This document shows, one piece after another, positions 1-13,039 of a stretch of 64,000 nucleotides of DNA; position 1 is the stretch's first letter; each line of letters begins with the position of its first letter. This stretch comes from Octopus sinensis (lineage: Eukaryota), in contig NC_043009.1 in NCBI RefSeq assembly GCF_006345805.1, forward strand, positions 28,148,001-28,212,000. The letters are read 5' to 3'. The position numbers and the translations under genes were made by a program. The notes under the pieces were generated by a model. That model saw nothing but the letters and a program-made list of their open reading frames with translations, ran no database searches and had not been told where the DNA came from.

Positions 1-427
1 CTATTTAAAAACAGGTTAAAAGTCTATATTTCCTGACTGTATGAGCTTCAGTGAAACTAGTAGGAAAATAGATGCCACTCCTACTTCACGGTTGGATAAA
101 CTATTTGATGGTGTGTATCCAACTGTAATCCAGCTGGTCTCATACGTCATACAAGCATCAAAAGTTAGCAGACCATTCAGTCTCTAACAAGCAAAGGTAA
201 ATATTTAAATTAATGCAAAAAATATTATAAAATGAAAAATGGTAATAAATATAACAAAAGCAGAAATAAACCAACAAAAACATGGAAAAAAGTATACAAG
301 TGTTTCAATCTCTGTAAGGAAAACATTTATTTAATGCATAAAATAATATTTTTAGTTAATCCAAATATTTTTATTTTAAACTTTCCTTTGTCAAGCTAAT
401 TGACTACCAACTTGCAAAACAAAAATT

Positions 428-820
428 GGTAAATTTACCGCACTCCGTTGGTTATGACGACAAGGGTTCCAGTTGATCCAATCAATGGAACAGCCTGCTC
501 GTGAAATTAACTTGTAAGTGGCTGAGTACTCCACAGACATGTGTACCCTTAATGTAGTTCTCAGGGAGATTCAGCATGACACAGAGTGTGATAAGGCTGG
601 CCCCTTTGAAATACAGGTACAACAGAAACAGGAAGAATGAGTGAGAGAAAGTTGTGGTGAAAGAGTACAGCAGGGTTCACCACCAACCCCTGCCAAAGCC
701 TTGTGGAGCTTTTGGTGCTTTTGGTCAATAGACACTCACAATGCCCAGTCTGGGAATCGAAACTGCGATCCTATAACCATGAGTCTGCTGCCCTAACCAC
801 TGGGCCATTGCACCTCCACA
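428..820 (-). mobile_element. tRNA-derived SINE, family C
   Basis: Minus strand starts with a tRNA-like head (TGGCCCAGTGG A box, GTTTCGATTCC B box) and aligns by eye along its length with 49071-49451. Confidence 0.85.
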
Positions 821-1049
821 GTGGATTATATTGACAAAAAGAATCAAAAGTTCACATTTCATCACATTCTTCATGTTGCACTCTTCAGCAAGTTTTTCTA
901 TTAAAAAAGTCTTCTTCCTTCTCTTTTCAAAGATTATTGCATACGCTGGGGTATAAAACATGCTTCTTTTGTTCTTAAAGGTGACAAAAATGTTGCCATT
1001 CCTCTTGTGAGACCATTTTATAAATGAGATACTTCATGGATGAGTGCAT

Positions 1050-1645
1050 CTTTTATCTTTTACTTGGTTCAGACTATGGCCATGCTGGGACATCACTTTG
1101 AAGTGTTTAGCTGAATAAATTGATGCAGTATCTATTTTAAGCTTTGTACGTATTCTATCGATCTCTATTGCTGAAATATTAGATTATAGGAATGTAAACA
1201 AACCAACACTGGTTGCTAATGTGGTGGTGGTGGTGGTGGTAGTGGGAGACAAACACATACACAAAGTCACACACACACACATACACACATGCACACACAC
1301 ATGCACATACACACATACACACACATGCACGCATGCACACACACACACACATGCACACACACACACATAAACAAGCACACACACACACAAATACATACAC
1401 ACAAACACAAACACACACACAAAAACACACACAAATACATACATACATGCGCGTGAATACACACACATAAACACACACACACACAACAGGTTTCTTTCAG
1501 ATTCTGCCTACCAAATCCTGTCACAAAGCTTCGGTCAGTCCAAGGCTATAGTAGAAGACACTTGCTTTGCATACCATGCAGTGGGATTGAACTCAGAACC
1601 ATGTGGTTGAAAGGCAAACTTCTTAACCACACAGCCACACCTGCA
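1050..1645 (-). mobile_element. tRNA-derived SINE, family A (head, internal CA microsatellite, tail)
   Basis: Head matches 2318/44316/59122 copies (GTGGCTGTGTGGTAAG...GGTTCAGTCCCACTG); (CA)n at 1255-1487; diverged tail. Confidence 0.8.
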
Positions 1646-2024
1646 TATTAGATTAATTTCTTCAATAAAGTACCCATTCCTCCACAAAAATGTAGGGGTC
1701 TATCTTAAACAAGAACGTGTTTTATACACCAGCAAATACAGTATCTGATTTGCCAGGGTAGGTAAGGCATTTTGCTACCTGGTTCCAGCTTTATGTGCAA
1801 ATAAAAGTAGGTGTGTTTGTCGTGGTTGATTGACTTCAGAACAAATATAATCCAGCAGATCGAGGATCAAATACGTTTTGTGTATCTAGGAATACAATGT
1901 CTAATGGATATTATAAGCGGCTACTGTGGTTATTTAACCTCAAATCAGCTATGATTTAGCAATTCTATGGTCACATTTAACAATGAAAGAAGCATCTTAT
2001 ACCCCAGCATATACAATATTCTTT

Positions 2025-2175
2025 CCGCCGAAGTTTACTTTGCCTTTCATCATTTCAGGGTTGATTAAATAAGTACCAGTTATGCACTGGGGTTGATGTA
2101 ATCGACTTAATCTCTTTGTCTGTCCTTGTTTGTCCCCTCTATGTTTAGCCCCTTGTGGAAATAAAGAAATAAATA
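2025..2175 (+). mobile_element. SINE family B, 3' part
   Basis: TTTGCCTTTCATC...AAGTACCAGTTATGCACTGGGGTTGATG...TTTAGCCCCTTGTGG, shared with 5841-6070. Confidence 0.8.
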
Positions 2176-2317
2176 TTCTTTCAAAAGGGAAGGAAAAAGC
2201 TGCAGCCTCAAGTTTGAAACATATAAAAGAATAAAAGAATAAAAGAATAACAGAATAAAATAATAAATACACTGGGATCATCCTACCTTTTATTTGTTAT
2301 CTTTGACTACATAATCC

Positions 2318-2468
2318 AGTGTTGTGGTAAGTAGCTTGTTTACCAATCGTATGGTTCTGGGTTCAGTCCCACTGTGTGGCACCTTGGGCAGGTGTCTTCT
2401 GCTAGAGCCTTGGGCCGACGAAAGCCTTGTGATTGGATTTGGTAGACAGAAACTGAAAGAAGCCTATC

Positions 2469-2524
<56 letters not shown>

Positions 2525-2707
2525 TTGTGTGTCTGTGTTTTTTGCCCCCACCATTGCTTGACAACCAATGTTGGTGCGTTTACGTCCCCGTAACTTAGTG
2601 GTTTGGCAGAAGAGACCAAAGTCCTGAGGTTGATTTGTTCGACTAAATGTGGTGCTCCAGTATGGCAGCAACCAAATAACTGAAACAAATAAAAGAATAA
2701 AAGAATA
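2318..2707 (+). mobile_element. SINE family A, full length
   Basis: tRNA-like head, internal (TG)n 2477-2522, tail ending ACTGAAACAAATAAAAGAATAAAAG. Confidence 0.85.
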
Positions 2708-3254
2708 CTTGTAGGTGTCGCTGGTGTTATTATTCCCAAGCCACGAGCTCTAGTTTAGTAAATCTATGATTAAAAATTTTCCAACTGTGACCATCTCATA
2801 ATTTATTCTGACATAGCATATCTAGGAATACATTATCTGATGTGTGATAAAGTATTTAGTGGCTATAGTTGTACGTGGTATTGTTTAGCCCTAGGCCACC
2901 AGCTCTGCTCTGCTTGGCTGTTCTGCTCTTTGCTTCTTAGTCAACTAGACTCTGAGTCAGTCACATCGTTGCTATACCTGTCTATCTCTCTATGCCACTT
3001 GACTGAAAACCTCCACTTAGCTGTTATTTCTACACTTTCTATTCCTGAACTTTCTTGCATAGATTACTTCATTCAACTTGATTCTCCATTTTGATTATGT
3101 GTCATCAACAACTAATGAATAAAGTATATTTTTATGTAGTAAATCTATAGTTCTTAAATCTATTCCTCTTCTTTGTAAGAATTCTTCTAATAATATACAT
3201 GCAGCCATTTCAATACTTGATACTGAGCATGTATCCTACACTTCAGTCTTATAT

Positions 3255-3377
3255 GTCTATGGTTTAATACCATTTCATGTTGAATGCCATGGCTCTCATC
3301 CGATCAACGAAGTTAAGCAATGTTGAGCCAAGTGAGAACTTAGATGGGGGACTGCTTGGGAAACCTAGGGGCTGTAT
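3255..3377 (+). pseudogene. 5S rRNA pseudogene
   Basis: GTCTATGG[tttaata]CCATTTCATGTTGAA...CTCATCCGATCAACGAAGTTAAGCAATGTTGAGCC...AGATGGGGGACTGCTTGGGAA...GCTGTA is collinear with metazoan 5S as recalled. Box A at 3311-3318, box C-like at 3342-3352; many substitutions and a 7-nt insertion. Confidence 0.8.
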
Positions 3378-3394
3378 TGATCTCACACTTCATA

Positions 3395-3782
3395 GGTGCA
3401 GAAGTGGCTACGTGGTGGGAAGCTTGCTTCCCAACTACGAGGTTCCGGGTTCAGTCCCACTGTGTGGCAGCTTGGGCAAGTGTCTTCTACTATAGCTTCA
3501 GGCCAACCAAAGCCTTGTGAGTGGATTTGGTTGACAGAAACCAAAAGAAGCTCATCACATATATATATATTTGAATATATATCTATGTGTGTGTCTGTGT
3601 TTGTCCCCCCACCATCTCTCCTTGACAACCGGTGTTGGTGTGTTTACATCCCTGTAACCTAGTGGTTTGCCAAAAGAGACTGATAGAATAAGTACCAGGC
3701 TTAAAAAAGAAGTACTAGGATTGATTCAAGGCAGACCCCATCATGGCTGCAGTCTAATGACTGAAACAGGTAAAAGAGAAAG
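3395..3782 (+). mobile_element. SINE family A
   Basis: Head GTGGCTACGTGG...GGTTCAGTCCCACTG, short TA/TG interior, tail ...TCTAATGACTGAAACAGGTAAAAG. Confidence 0.8.
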
Positions 3783-3784
3783 AC

Positions 3785-3997
3785 GAAGGCGATAAGCTGG
3801 AAGAAACATTAGCAGGCCAGGCGAAATGCTTAGTGCTACTTCGTATCTCTTTACGTTCTGAGTTCAAATTCTGCCGAGGTCAGCTTTGCATTTAATCGCT
3901 TCAGGGTTGATAAATTAAGTACCAGTTGTGTACTGGGGTCGATCCAATTGACTGGCCCCCTTCCCCAAAATTTTGGGCCTTGTGCCTAGAATAGAAA
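3785..3997 (+). mobile_element. SINE family B
   Basis: AAGCTGGAAGAAACATTAGC...GAGTTCAAATTCTGCCGAGGTC...GGGTTGATAAATTAAGTACCAG. Confidence 0.8.
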
Positions 3998-4016
3998 AGA
4001 TAAAAGATAAAAGATA

Positions 4017-4052
<36 letters not shown>

Positions 4053-4256
4053 TATATATTATATACACACACATACAGACACACACACATTATTCATATA
4101 CATATAGATATATGTATATCTGTGTATGTGTTTATAAGAATGTGCATGTATGTGAGTGCATGTACACACACTTTCTAAATACATTTATAAAACTTTCGAA
4201 GCATTTTTTAAAACAATTTTCACGTAAAAACTTTTTTTTTTTGTTTTCAAACTTAC

Positions 4257-4276
4257 CATAAATTTTATTGAATTTT
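4257..4276 (-). CDS. candidate 20-nt exon of unidentified host gene
   Basis: Minus strand GATTTTCCTGCAG|AAAATTCAATAAAATTTATG|GTAAGT; two frames open. Splice signals only. Confidence 0.2.
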
Positions 4277-4779
4277 CTGCAGGAAAATCGTGTCTTTATG
4301 TTTCGGATCAATAACAAGTTTATGGTTTCAATTTTAACAGTAAATATCAGAAGCGCCATATAGAAGTCTTTGAATCACGGTAACTGTTTTTAAGGCTTAC
4401 AAAAACCTGATGATTATAAAAATTGCTTTTATTCCTTTTTTAAAAAATATTTAAGCCTGTAAAAACTAGATTGAAATTTATTGTTTAATTTTAAAAAATA
4501 GTAAAGAGAAAAATATATTACTTAAGGAGTAGATTTAGATGGGACAACTGGTGTTGGGGACTAAAATTGCTATCGAACAAAGGACCGAGTAGATAAAAGC
4601 AATGTTTCTTTCTGTCCTTTTTCTGTTTAATCTATCTATTTTTGTATATAGACATATAAGGATATATACACACATATTTGTCAATCTATGCACCTATGTG
4701 TGTGTGTATGTGTATATATATATATATATATGTATAATATACATGCACATATATATACATATATATATTTATATGCATA

Positions 4780-4810
<31 letters not shown>

Positions 4811-5476
4811 GCACATATATATGTATATGTATGTACATATATAGGCATATATGTATATATACATATATATGTATATTGTATATATACATATATATGTATA
4901 TATATCATGTATACAATATATTGTGAAGCATTTCTCCATAAAAGAACGGTTTCTTTTGTAGTTCTGTTCCAGCCTGTTTAATTCTGTCTTTTGCAGTTTT
5001 CTTCACCTTTTGGGGTCACTACTATATTGTGAGCATCCTAAAGTTTCTACAAATACACTCTCTATAAAAGATTATGCTTGTGAGCACCTAATATGTGTGT
5101 GTGTGTGTGTGGAAGAATTTATAGTGCAAAAGTTAAAATAGTGATAGAAAAATAATAAAAGAAATTGCACCCTTGTAATTTGGCCCCGAAAGGCCCCAAA
5201 GTGGAATACAAATGCCTAATGTCTATAATTACAGCTCAATTTCCTGTGATGCTGCATTCATAGTTAAAGTCTTTTGTTGTTGAAATTTTGAATACAATTT
5301 CTTTTATTTACCTTTACCATTATTGTTTTGCTTTGTAACAGAATATTCCTTGTAAAGTTTATTTCGAAAAGTGTGATGTAAATTACTATTGTCACAATTA
5401 AAAAAAGCATCCCATCTCTTTTGTGTTTGTACATGTGTTCTCTCTCCCTCTGTACACACACACACAAATATATCAG

Positions 5477-5710
5477 GGTGCATGGTCAAGTGATTAGGGT
5501 ATTACACTCATGACAGCAAGATCGTGCTTTCAATCCCTAGACTGGGCGATGCATTGTGTTCTTGAGCAAAACACTTCATCTCTCAATGTTCTACAATCCC
5601 TTCAACACTTGACACGTGATACTCAGTGCTCCTGTTCAGACAACATCGACTTCAGGGAAAGAGTGAGCTAATGTACATCACAAACATTTGATCATTGTTA
5701 ACAAATCATT
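5477..5710 (+). mobile_element. tRNA/CORE-like SINE, family D
   Basis: tRNA-like head followed by GTGTTCTTGAGCAAAACACTT, a CORE-like block also at 39305-39635 and 51695-51975. Confidence 0.65.
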
Positions 5711-5840
5711 TGTGCAATTCGTTTTGCAAAAGCTAAGCGTGTATACATCGTCTTTGACAGGAGCATCCGTCATATATAAATACGTATATGTATATGTGCA
5801 TATATATACATGTATATATATGTATATATATAGTCATATA

Positions 5841-6070
5841 GGGTGGCGAGCTGACAGAAACATTAGTGCACCGGGCGAAATGCTTAGCGGTATTTCATCT
5901 GTCGTTATGTTCTGTGTTCAAATTTCGCCGAGGTCGACTTTGCCTTTCATCCTTTCGGGGTCTATAAATAAAGTACCAGTTACACACTGGGGTCGATGTA
6001 ATCGACATAATTCCTTTGTCTGTCCTTGTTTGTCCCCTCTATGTTTAGCCCCTTGTGGGTAGTAAAGAAA
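5841..6070 (+). mobile_element. SINE family B, full length
   Basis: GGCGAGCTGACAGAAAC head, GTTCAAATT B box, central CTTTCATCCTTTCGGGGTC.ATAAA..AAGTACCAG block (resembles a conserved metazoan SINE central domain), A-rich tail. Confidence 0.85.
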
Positions 6071-6534
6071 TATATATATATATATAGTCATCTTTGTCAT
6101 AATATTCACTTTTCCATACTTGCATAGGTTGGACAGAATCTGTCGACAGTTTTTCTACAAATGGATGCACTTCCTGTCACCAAACCTCACCTGTTACCAA
6201 GCAAGATATCATTTCTCTGAACCCAGACATCACATGTATAACAGAACCATCATGTAATATAAGGATGAGGAGACACAAACAATCCTGCATCGTGTCAGAT
6301 CAAAAATATACAGATATGTGCATAAAGAAAGGAAAGACAGCTGAAGAACTTGGGATTGATGGGGAAAGACCTTCATTGCAGTGACATCAATGTGCCGCAG
6401 GCATATGGCAGATGACTAGGAAAATATAGAAGAGTCTTTCTCCATGTATAGAAATATATACATCTGTCTGTGATTATGTATAAAAATGTGCATGTATGTA
6501 TATATATATATATACACATATATATATAAATGTA

Positions 6535-6600
<66 letters not shown>

Positions 6601-6677
6601 CCTATCTATCTATCTGTCTATCTGTTTGTCTGTTTATCTGTCTGTCTGTCTATCTATCTACCTATCTATCTATCTAT
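6535..6677. repeat. (ATCT)n microsatellite
   Basis: Direct inspection. Confidence 0.95.
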
Positions 6678-6713
6678 TTCTTTTTCTGAGTTTGTGTGAA
6701 TTTGTATAGAATA

Positions 6714-7124
6714 ATATATCAATTGAATAAAGTTAAAACACGGTCTGGTTTCCCCGGGTTTTTTATGGTATTTTAACATTAAAAAATCTTTTGTAATATT
6801 CATAAGTTCATATCTTTAACATCTGAATATAAACAAATTACAGAATATCGGCACACCCAGAAAACTATGACATTTAAGCTGCATGCAGATTGGTTAAAAC
6901 CGTATTTCAAAAATTCAGCTTGTTGGAGCATTCTAAGAGATACTACAGTTGTTAAGAACTCAATGGTCAGTTAAATACCATTTGGAATCTGATGATTACT
7001 ACGAACGTATGAAAGCACTACTTGAACTTTATGAACATTACTAAATATTTTTTAATGTGAAAATACCATAATAAAAAAACATGAAATCTAGATCATGATT
7101 TAATTGTATTCAACTGAGATATAT
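6714..7124 (+). mobile_element. small PLE-like element with hammerhead relic and inverted terminal arms
   Basis: 6714-6810 is a diverged reverse complement of 7023-7124. CTGATGA 6989-6995, GAAA 7011-7014, CTA 7018-7020. The direct part recurs at 12281-12475. Confidence 0.6.
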
Positions 7125-7131
7125 ATGTATG

Positions 7132-7183
<52 letters not shown>

Positions 7184-7422
7184 ATAATGGTGTCATTGAG
7201 ACCCAAAGGTGTCAGGTAATGCTGAATAAGTGCTATAGACAGACCATAGTTAAGTTCCAGATTCTGTAATATTGCGAATAAAGGGTTCAATGTTAGTTCT
7301 ATATCAGTGTGTGTATATAATCATTTTTTGCATAATGAGATAAAAAAAAACCCAAGGGTGTATAAATATTAGAGCATTTATCACATTGAAACTAACTATG
7401 ACTTAATTATTCCTCTCACACC

Positions 7423-7474
7423 GTCTCCGATGAAGGGATATTATTGATTAATATCCTAGAAACAGCTGTAAGAC
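7423..7474 (+). ncRNA. minimal type I hammerhead ribozyme motif (core variant CCGAUGA)
   Basis: GTCT-CCGATGA-A-GGGATATT/AATATCCT-A-GAAA-C-AGCT-G-TA-AGAC. Stem I GTCT:AGAC, 8-bp stem II, palindromic ACAGCTGT. Second copy at 38909-38956. Confidence 0.75.
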
Positions 7475-7540
7475 TTTCTATCTATAAATGCTCTAATATC
7501 TATACAGCCTTGGTATTTTTATCTCATTACACAAAAAATC

Positions 7541-7580
<40 letters not shown>

Positions 7581-8481
7581 TACATATATATGTATATGTA
7601 TATATGTATGCATACACAATGATGATGAGCATGTGTGTGCATGTGTGCGTATGTTTGAGTCTTTTTGTCTTCAGATTGTGTAATTCTTGTAATGGGTGCC
7701 AATGTCATAGATGTAGTGTCCTTTATTTACAATCTTCTGCGAGAAAATGTCTTGCCATGGGGAGCTGGGAGATATTACTTTGCATAGAAATGGGCGAGGG
7801 TTGGTGGCTGGAAAGGCTTTTTGACCATAGGAAATCGGCCTTGGGAAATTCCACCTGATCCATGCAAAGCGAGGAGAAAGAACGTGGAAACTGAAACAAT
7901 GATGACAATGATGATGATAATCAGGACGATGATAATGATGATGATGATGACGATAACAATGATGATGACGATGACAATGAGATGTGACATCCTTCATGGA
8001 CATGTACAGCAACCCACCTTATTGCATGCCCAGAGTATATACACCTTGTAAATTAAAAATCCTACTGAAGTTGAAATACTGTGAGTCAGTGATGTATACC
8101 TGATTAAATTGAATCAGCTATACATAAACATATATATATATATACATACATATATACACATAAATAATATATATACATATGCATATATGCATACACATAT
8201 GTTCATACCTACATATATATATGTATATATACATGCATATATGGGTACAGGACGTCAAAATAAAAAAAACGCAAACGAGATGAAAAATGAGAACATAAGA
8301 AAACAAAAACATGGAAAACGAACATTTTTTTTAACAACGAAAGAAACAAATAGAGAAACAAGACAGGCAAAATAAAGAACAATCCCTTCATCAGTTGTCC
8401 TGTGTTTTATCTACTCCACATTTCGAACACACACACACGTATATGTATATATATATATATATATATTTATATATTTATATA

Positions 8482-8563
8482 TCATCATCCTCATCAACAT
8501 CGTTTAACGTCCGCTTTCCATGCTAGCATGGATTGGACGATTTGACTGAGGTCTGTCGAACCT
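8482..8563 (-). mobile_element. RTE-tail retroposon (family E), 3' fragment
   Basis: CATCGTTTAACGTCCGCTTTCCATGCTAGCATGG...GACGATTTGACTGAGG, nearly identical to the start of 24443 and similar to the start of 43488. Confidence 0.75.
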
Positions 8564-8956
8564 GATATATAAATATATATATGTATGTATATGTATACAT
8601 ATATACACACACATACATACATATATACATATATTCATACATATATATATATGAATTATCTCTCTCACACACATGCACTCTTGTCCTAGAAATGGTGACC
8701 TTGTGTTGGACATAAAAGAAATCAATATTTAAGAAGTGCATATACTGGCAACAAAGAAAGAAAAGAGGAGTGTTTTTGATGTGGTGTGTATGTGTGTGTG
8801 TGTGTGGTTTGTGTATCTGTGTGTAAGTTTTGAGCACTTCAGTAATGCAATACATATATACATATATATATATGTATGTATATATATATACTCCCATGTA
8901 TATACTTACATGCATGCATATATATATATATATATTATATATATATCTATATATAT

Positions 8957-8993
<37 letters not shown>

Positions 8994-8998
8994 AATAT

Positions 8999-9036
<38 letters not shown>

Positions 9037-9554
9037 GTATATACATACACACACATATACTTATATACATACATACTTATAAATATGCATAAATATCATA
9101 TACATGTATTTACGTATATTTTACACATAGATATATGTGCATATATGTATATATATGTATGTATATATATATATATGTATGTGTGCTTATGTATATAATT
9201 ATGTGCATAGATGTGTGTGTGTGTGTGTTTGTGCGTTTGTATGCGTGTGTATGCATATATGTGTGTGTAGGTGTATAATTGTAGCATACAAATAATATTT
9301 TAGGATAAATCAAATAAGAGGTTGATGTATTCATGTGCTTGTGTGCATGTGTGTGTTTTTGCATCTATGTTTGTATGTTTTCATGCATGTGTGTTTGTGT
9401 GTGTGTGTGCGTGTGTGTGTGTGTGTGTGCGTGTGTGTGTCTAAGACCAGAGCAATATTTAACAAGTACACCCTAAGAACAAAGGAAGAATGAAGACAGA
9501 GTGTATATGTGTATGTTAATGTGCGTGGGTGTGTGTGAATGTGTTGATGTGAGT

Positions 9555-10045
9555 GCATGATTTGTAAATGTATGTGTATGCGTGTGTGTGTGTTTCAATG
9601 ATTATGTTAGGATATATTATGATTGTGTGTATGAATATGTGTGTGTATGGGTGATTTGTGAATGTATGTGTTTGAATGTGTATGTATGCATTATCAATGT
9701 GTGTATACATTGCTAGTATGTGTGTGAGTGTGTGTATGTGTGTGTGTATGTATGATTTGTGAATGTATATGTTATATGTTTGAATGTGTATATGTGTATA
9801 TGCTATTAATGCGTGTATATATTGTTAGTGTGTGTGTGGCTGATTTGTGAATGTATATGTTTGAATATGTATGTATGTGTTATCAATGCGTGTATACGTT
9901 GCTAGTATATGTTTGTGTATGCGTGAGCGTGTGTGTGTGTGTGTGTGATTTGTGAATGTATATATTTGAATGTGTATATCCGTATATGTGTACATGTTAT
10001 TAATGCATGTGTATATTGTTAGTGTGTGTGATTTATGAATGTACA
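9555..10045. repeat. degenerate 85-105 bp minisatellite built on TG/TA
   Basis: TGATTTGTGAATGTA anchor recurs near 9558, 9652, 9753, 9841, 9946 and 10029. Confidence 0.75.
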
Positions 10046-10502
10046 ACCACACCAATATTTAAGAACTAAATCTTAAGAACAAAGGCAGAAACAAGCTTGT
10101 GTATGTATATGTATCTTTGTTTGTACAGAGGTTCTGAGAGTGTGCATTGAATATGTGTATGTATGTGCTATTGATGTGTGAGTGTAATAGCGTGTGTATT
10201 CATGTGTGTGTGTGTGTGTGTGTACTGAAGACAGCCTACAAATATTTAAGACATACAACCTAAGAACAAAAGAAAACTGTATGTGTGTATGCGCAAATGT
10301 ATATGTGTTTATATATATGTGTGTGTGTTTGTCTGCATGTGTATGTATATATATTTATACATGTGTGTGTGTGTGTGTGCATGTATGCATATGCTGATAT
10401 GTGCATTTTGTGACTATATGCATGAATACATTTATCTGTATGTATGTATACATATATGTGTGTATATGTGTATATATATATGTATATCTGTACATATGTG
10501 TA

Positions 10503-10559
<57 letters not shown>

Positions 10560-10678
10560 ATAGTTTAGTTCTATGCATATATAAGAGGTATATACTTAGT
10601 AATTTACCAATGTTTAAGAACTGCCTGCTTTTCATGAAACATGTATATATATATACACACATACAGATATACATATAC

Positions 10679-10754
<76 letters not shown>

Positions 10755-11094
10755 TTTATATATATGTATATATGTATGCATGTATGTGTGTTTGAGTATA
10801 AGGACGTGCATATATGTCTATATGCACGTGTATGTGTGTGAGACTGTGTATAACACATATGAACGTGTATGTGCATGTCGTGTGTAGTGAATGTGTGGGG
10901 ATGGAATTGTGTGCCTGTGCGTAGGGTTTATGCTAGTAATCTCGAGAAGCAAAGCAACACAGATCACGAGAGATGTTAAGTTGCTGTTCAAAGACATTTT
11001 CAAAGGAGATATCATTTTAATAATACCAGTGTGATCATCAAGCCATCACTGTCTTCTTTTCTCCCATCAACACCATCAAAACCACAATGCTGCC

Positions 11095-11167
11095 GTTGCT
11101 GGTGGTAATGGTGGTGGTGCTGATGGTGCTGGTGGTGGTGGTGGTGGTGGTGATGGTGCTGCTGCTG

Positions 11168-11218
<51 letters not shown>

Positions 11219-11234
11219 ATAATAATAATAATAA

Positions 11235-11278
<44 letters not shown>

Positions 11279-11642
11279 ATAATAATAATAATACCACTAC
11301 TACTACTGCTACTGCTGCCGCTGGTGTTGCTGCTGCTGCTACTACTGGCACCTTCTAGCCATGACCACCACCACCTATGCTATTACTATTTCAGTTGTCT
11401 GCACAATCATTGCAAGTGCCATTCCAATATCACTACCACCACTGTTGATGCCACCACCATCACTACCACAACCACCACTGCCACTACTACAACTACTACT
11501 ACTATCACCACCACTACCACCACTGCTGCTGCAACTGGCACCACCACCACAACCACCAGTACTACTACTACTGCTGCTACTGCTGCTGCTGCTACTGCTG
11601 CTACTGCACTACTACTACTACAACTACTACTATTACTACTAT

Positions 11643-11690
<48 letters not shown>

Positions 11691-11878
11691 GACTACTGCT
11701 AATGCTGCTACTGTTACTACTACAACAACCATCACCACTTCCACCACTGCCGCTACCACTACTGCCGCCACCACCACCACCACCACCACCACCACCACCA
11801 CCACTACTACCACCACCACCACCACCTCTACCACTACCACTCTCACCACCTCACCACCATCACTACTACCTCTACCAT
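11095..11878. repeat. compound triplet array (TAC/TAA/CAC/CTG)
   Basis: Direct inspection; source of the poly-L/T/P ORFs. Confidence 0.95.
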
Positions 11879-12089
11879 TGTTGCCTTAGATTAAATGTCT
11901 GACATGCAAACCAACAAGTGTCTTGTAGAAGATCCTGAAAGCAAAATCCTGATGCCATCACTTTACCATCTTCAATGGATGTTGCTTTAAATTGTTGTTA
12001 TACTGGGGAGGAGCATCTGGTTTTTAATAATTAAATGCATGCATGGTTTATTCGATCTTCACTTTAGGTTTTATTCATATTATGTTTAG

Positions 12090-12255
12090 TTTACGGGCAT
12101 GTCTGTGTGGCAAAAAGCTCGCTTCCAAACCACATGGTTCCAGGTTCTGCCCTAGTGTTTGGAACCTTGGGCTAGTGTCTTCTAGTACACCTTCAGGTTC
12201 TCCAAAGCTTTGTGAGTGGATTTGGCAGACAGAAACTGAAAGAAGTTCCCAAGAG
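12090..12255 (+). mobile_element. SINE family A head only
   Basis: TGTGTGGCAAAAAGCTCGCTTCC...GTGAGTGGATTTGGCAGACAGAAACTGAAAGAAG. Confidence 0.75.
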
Positions 12256-12280
12256 GTATAAAAAGGAAAAAGTCAGTCAT

Positions 12281-12475
12281 TTTACTACAGTTGTCAAGAC
12301 CTCAATTGTCAGTTAAATACATTTTGAAATCTGATGATTACTACAAACATAAGAAAGTTCTAATTGAACTTAATGAATGTTACAAAATATTTTTTTAATG
12401 TTTAATACACTTCAACATTGTAAAAAAAAATTTTTAAATACAATTATAAAAAACGTGAAAACCAGACCATGTTGT
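12281..12475 (+). mobile_element. second copy of the 6.9 kb PLE-like element with hammerhead relic
   Basis: Collinear with 6940-7100. CTGATGA 12331-12337, GAAA 12353-12356, CTA 12360-12362. Confidence 0.6.
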
Positions 12476-12744
12476 AACATTATACAACTGATATATTATT
12501 CTATACACATTTACATAAATTTGGGGGAAAATATATATATATATATCAAAAGGATGTGTTATAACACTATTCCACATATACAAAAACAGCCATACCAACA
12601 ATCCAATATACCTCCATCATCAGCTGCCCCACGGATACTATTATGGTTTTGACACCTGGGCAGTACCATTCAATCCAACAGTGTTAACAGCACTAAAAGA
12701 AGTGTTTTGGGGAACAAACATATGTATGTATTTATGTATATGTG

Positions 12745-12970
12745 TGTGCATGTCTTTGTGTCTGTGTTTGTCCCCCTACCACCACTTGACAAGCAGTGTT
12801 GGTGTGTTTATGTCCCTGTAACTTAGTGGTTCAGCTAAGAAGATCGATGGATTAAGTACCAGATTTAAAAAGTAGTACTGGGATTGATTCATTTGACAAA
12901 AAAATTCAAGGTGGTGCCCCAGCATAGCCACAGTCAAATGACTGAAACAAGTAAAAGATAAAAGATAAAA
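12745..12970 (+). mobile_element. SINE family A tail
   Basis: TGTGTCTGTGTTTGTCCCCC...CAGCATAGCCACAGTCAAATGACTGAAACAAGTAAAAG. Confidence 0.8.
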
Positions 12971-13039
12971 GATATGTCTGAAAGTTCTTTCATCACATTC
13001 TGTGTCAAAATGAACAAGAGGAGACACATGGGACAGAGA

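Noticed and set aside
15-195. Exon ending at the strong donor AAAG|GTAAAT
   Set aside because: All frames contain stops shortly before the donor.
725-1030. Minus ORF with RNP1-like GNIFVTF
   Set aside because: A single short motif with no RRM context or clear splice sites.
2841-3199. Solo LTR (TG...CA with AATAAA)
   Set aside because: No target-site duplication or terminal inverted repeat, and no second copy in the window.
4407-4413. CTGATGA here and near 8385 (-), 19775, 41286 and 61693 as further hammerheads
   Set aside because: No properly placed stem II, GAAA and stem I. 19775 and 61693 may be relics but are too decayed to call.
11087-11902. 271-aa ORF and similar long low-complexity ORFs (8523-9074, 10283-10795, 13597-14130, 61834-62343)
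   Set aside because: They are translations of di-, tri- and tetranucleotide arrays that lack stops by construction; no domain or splice support.
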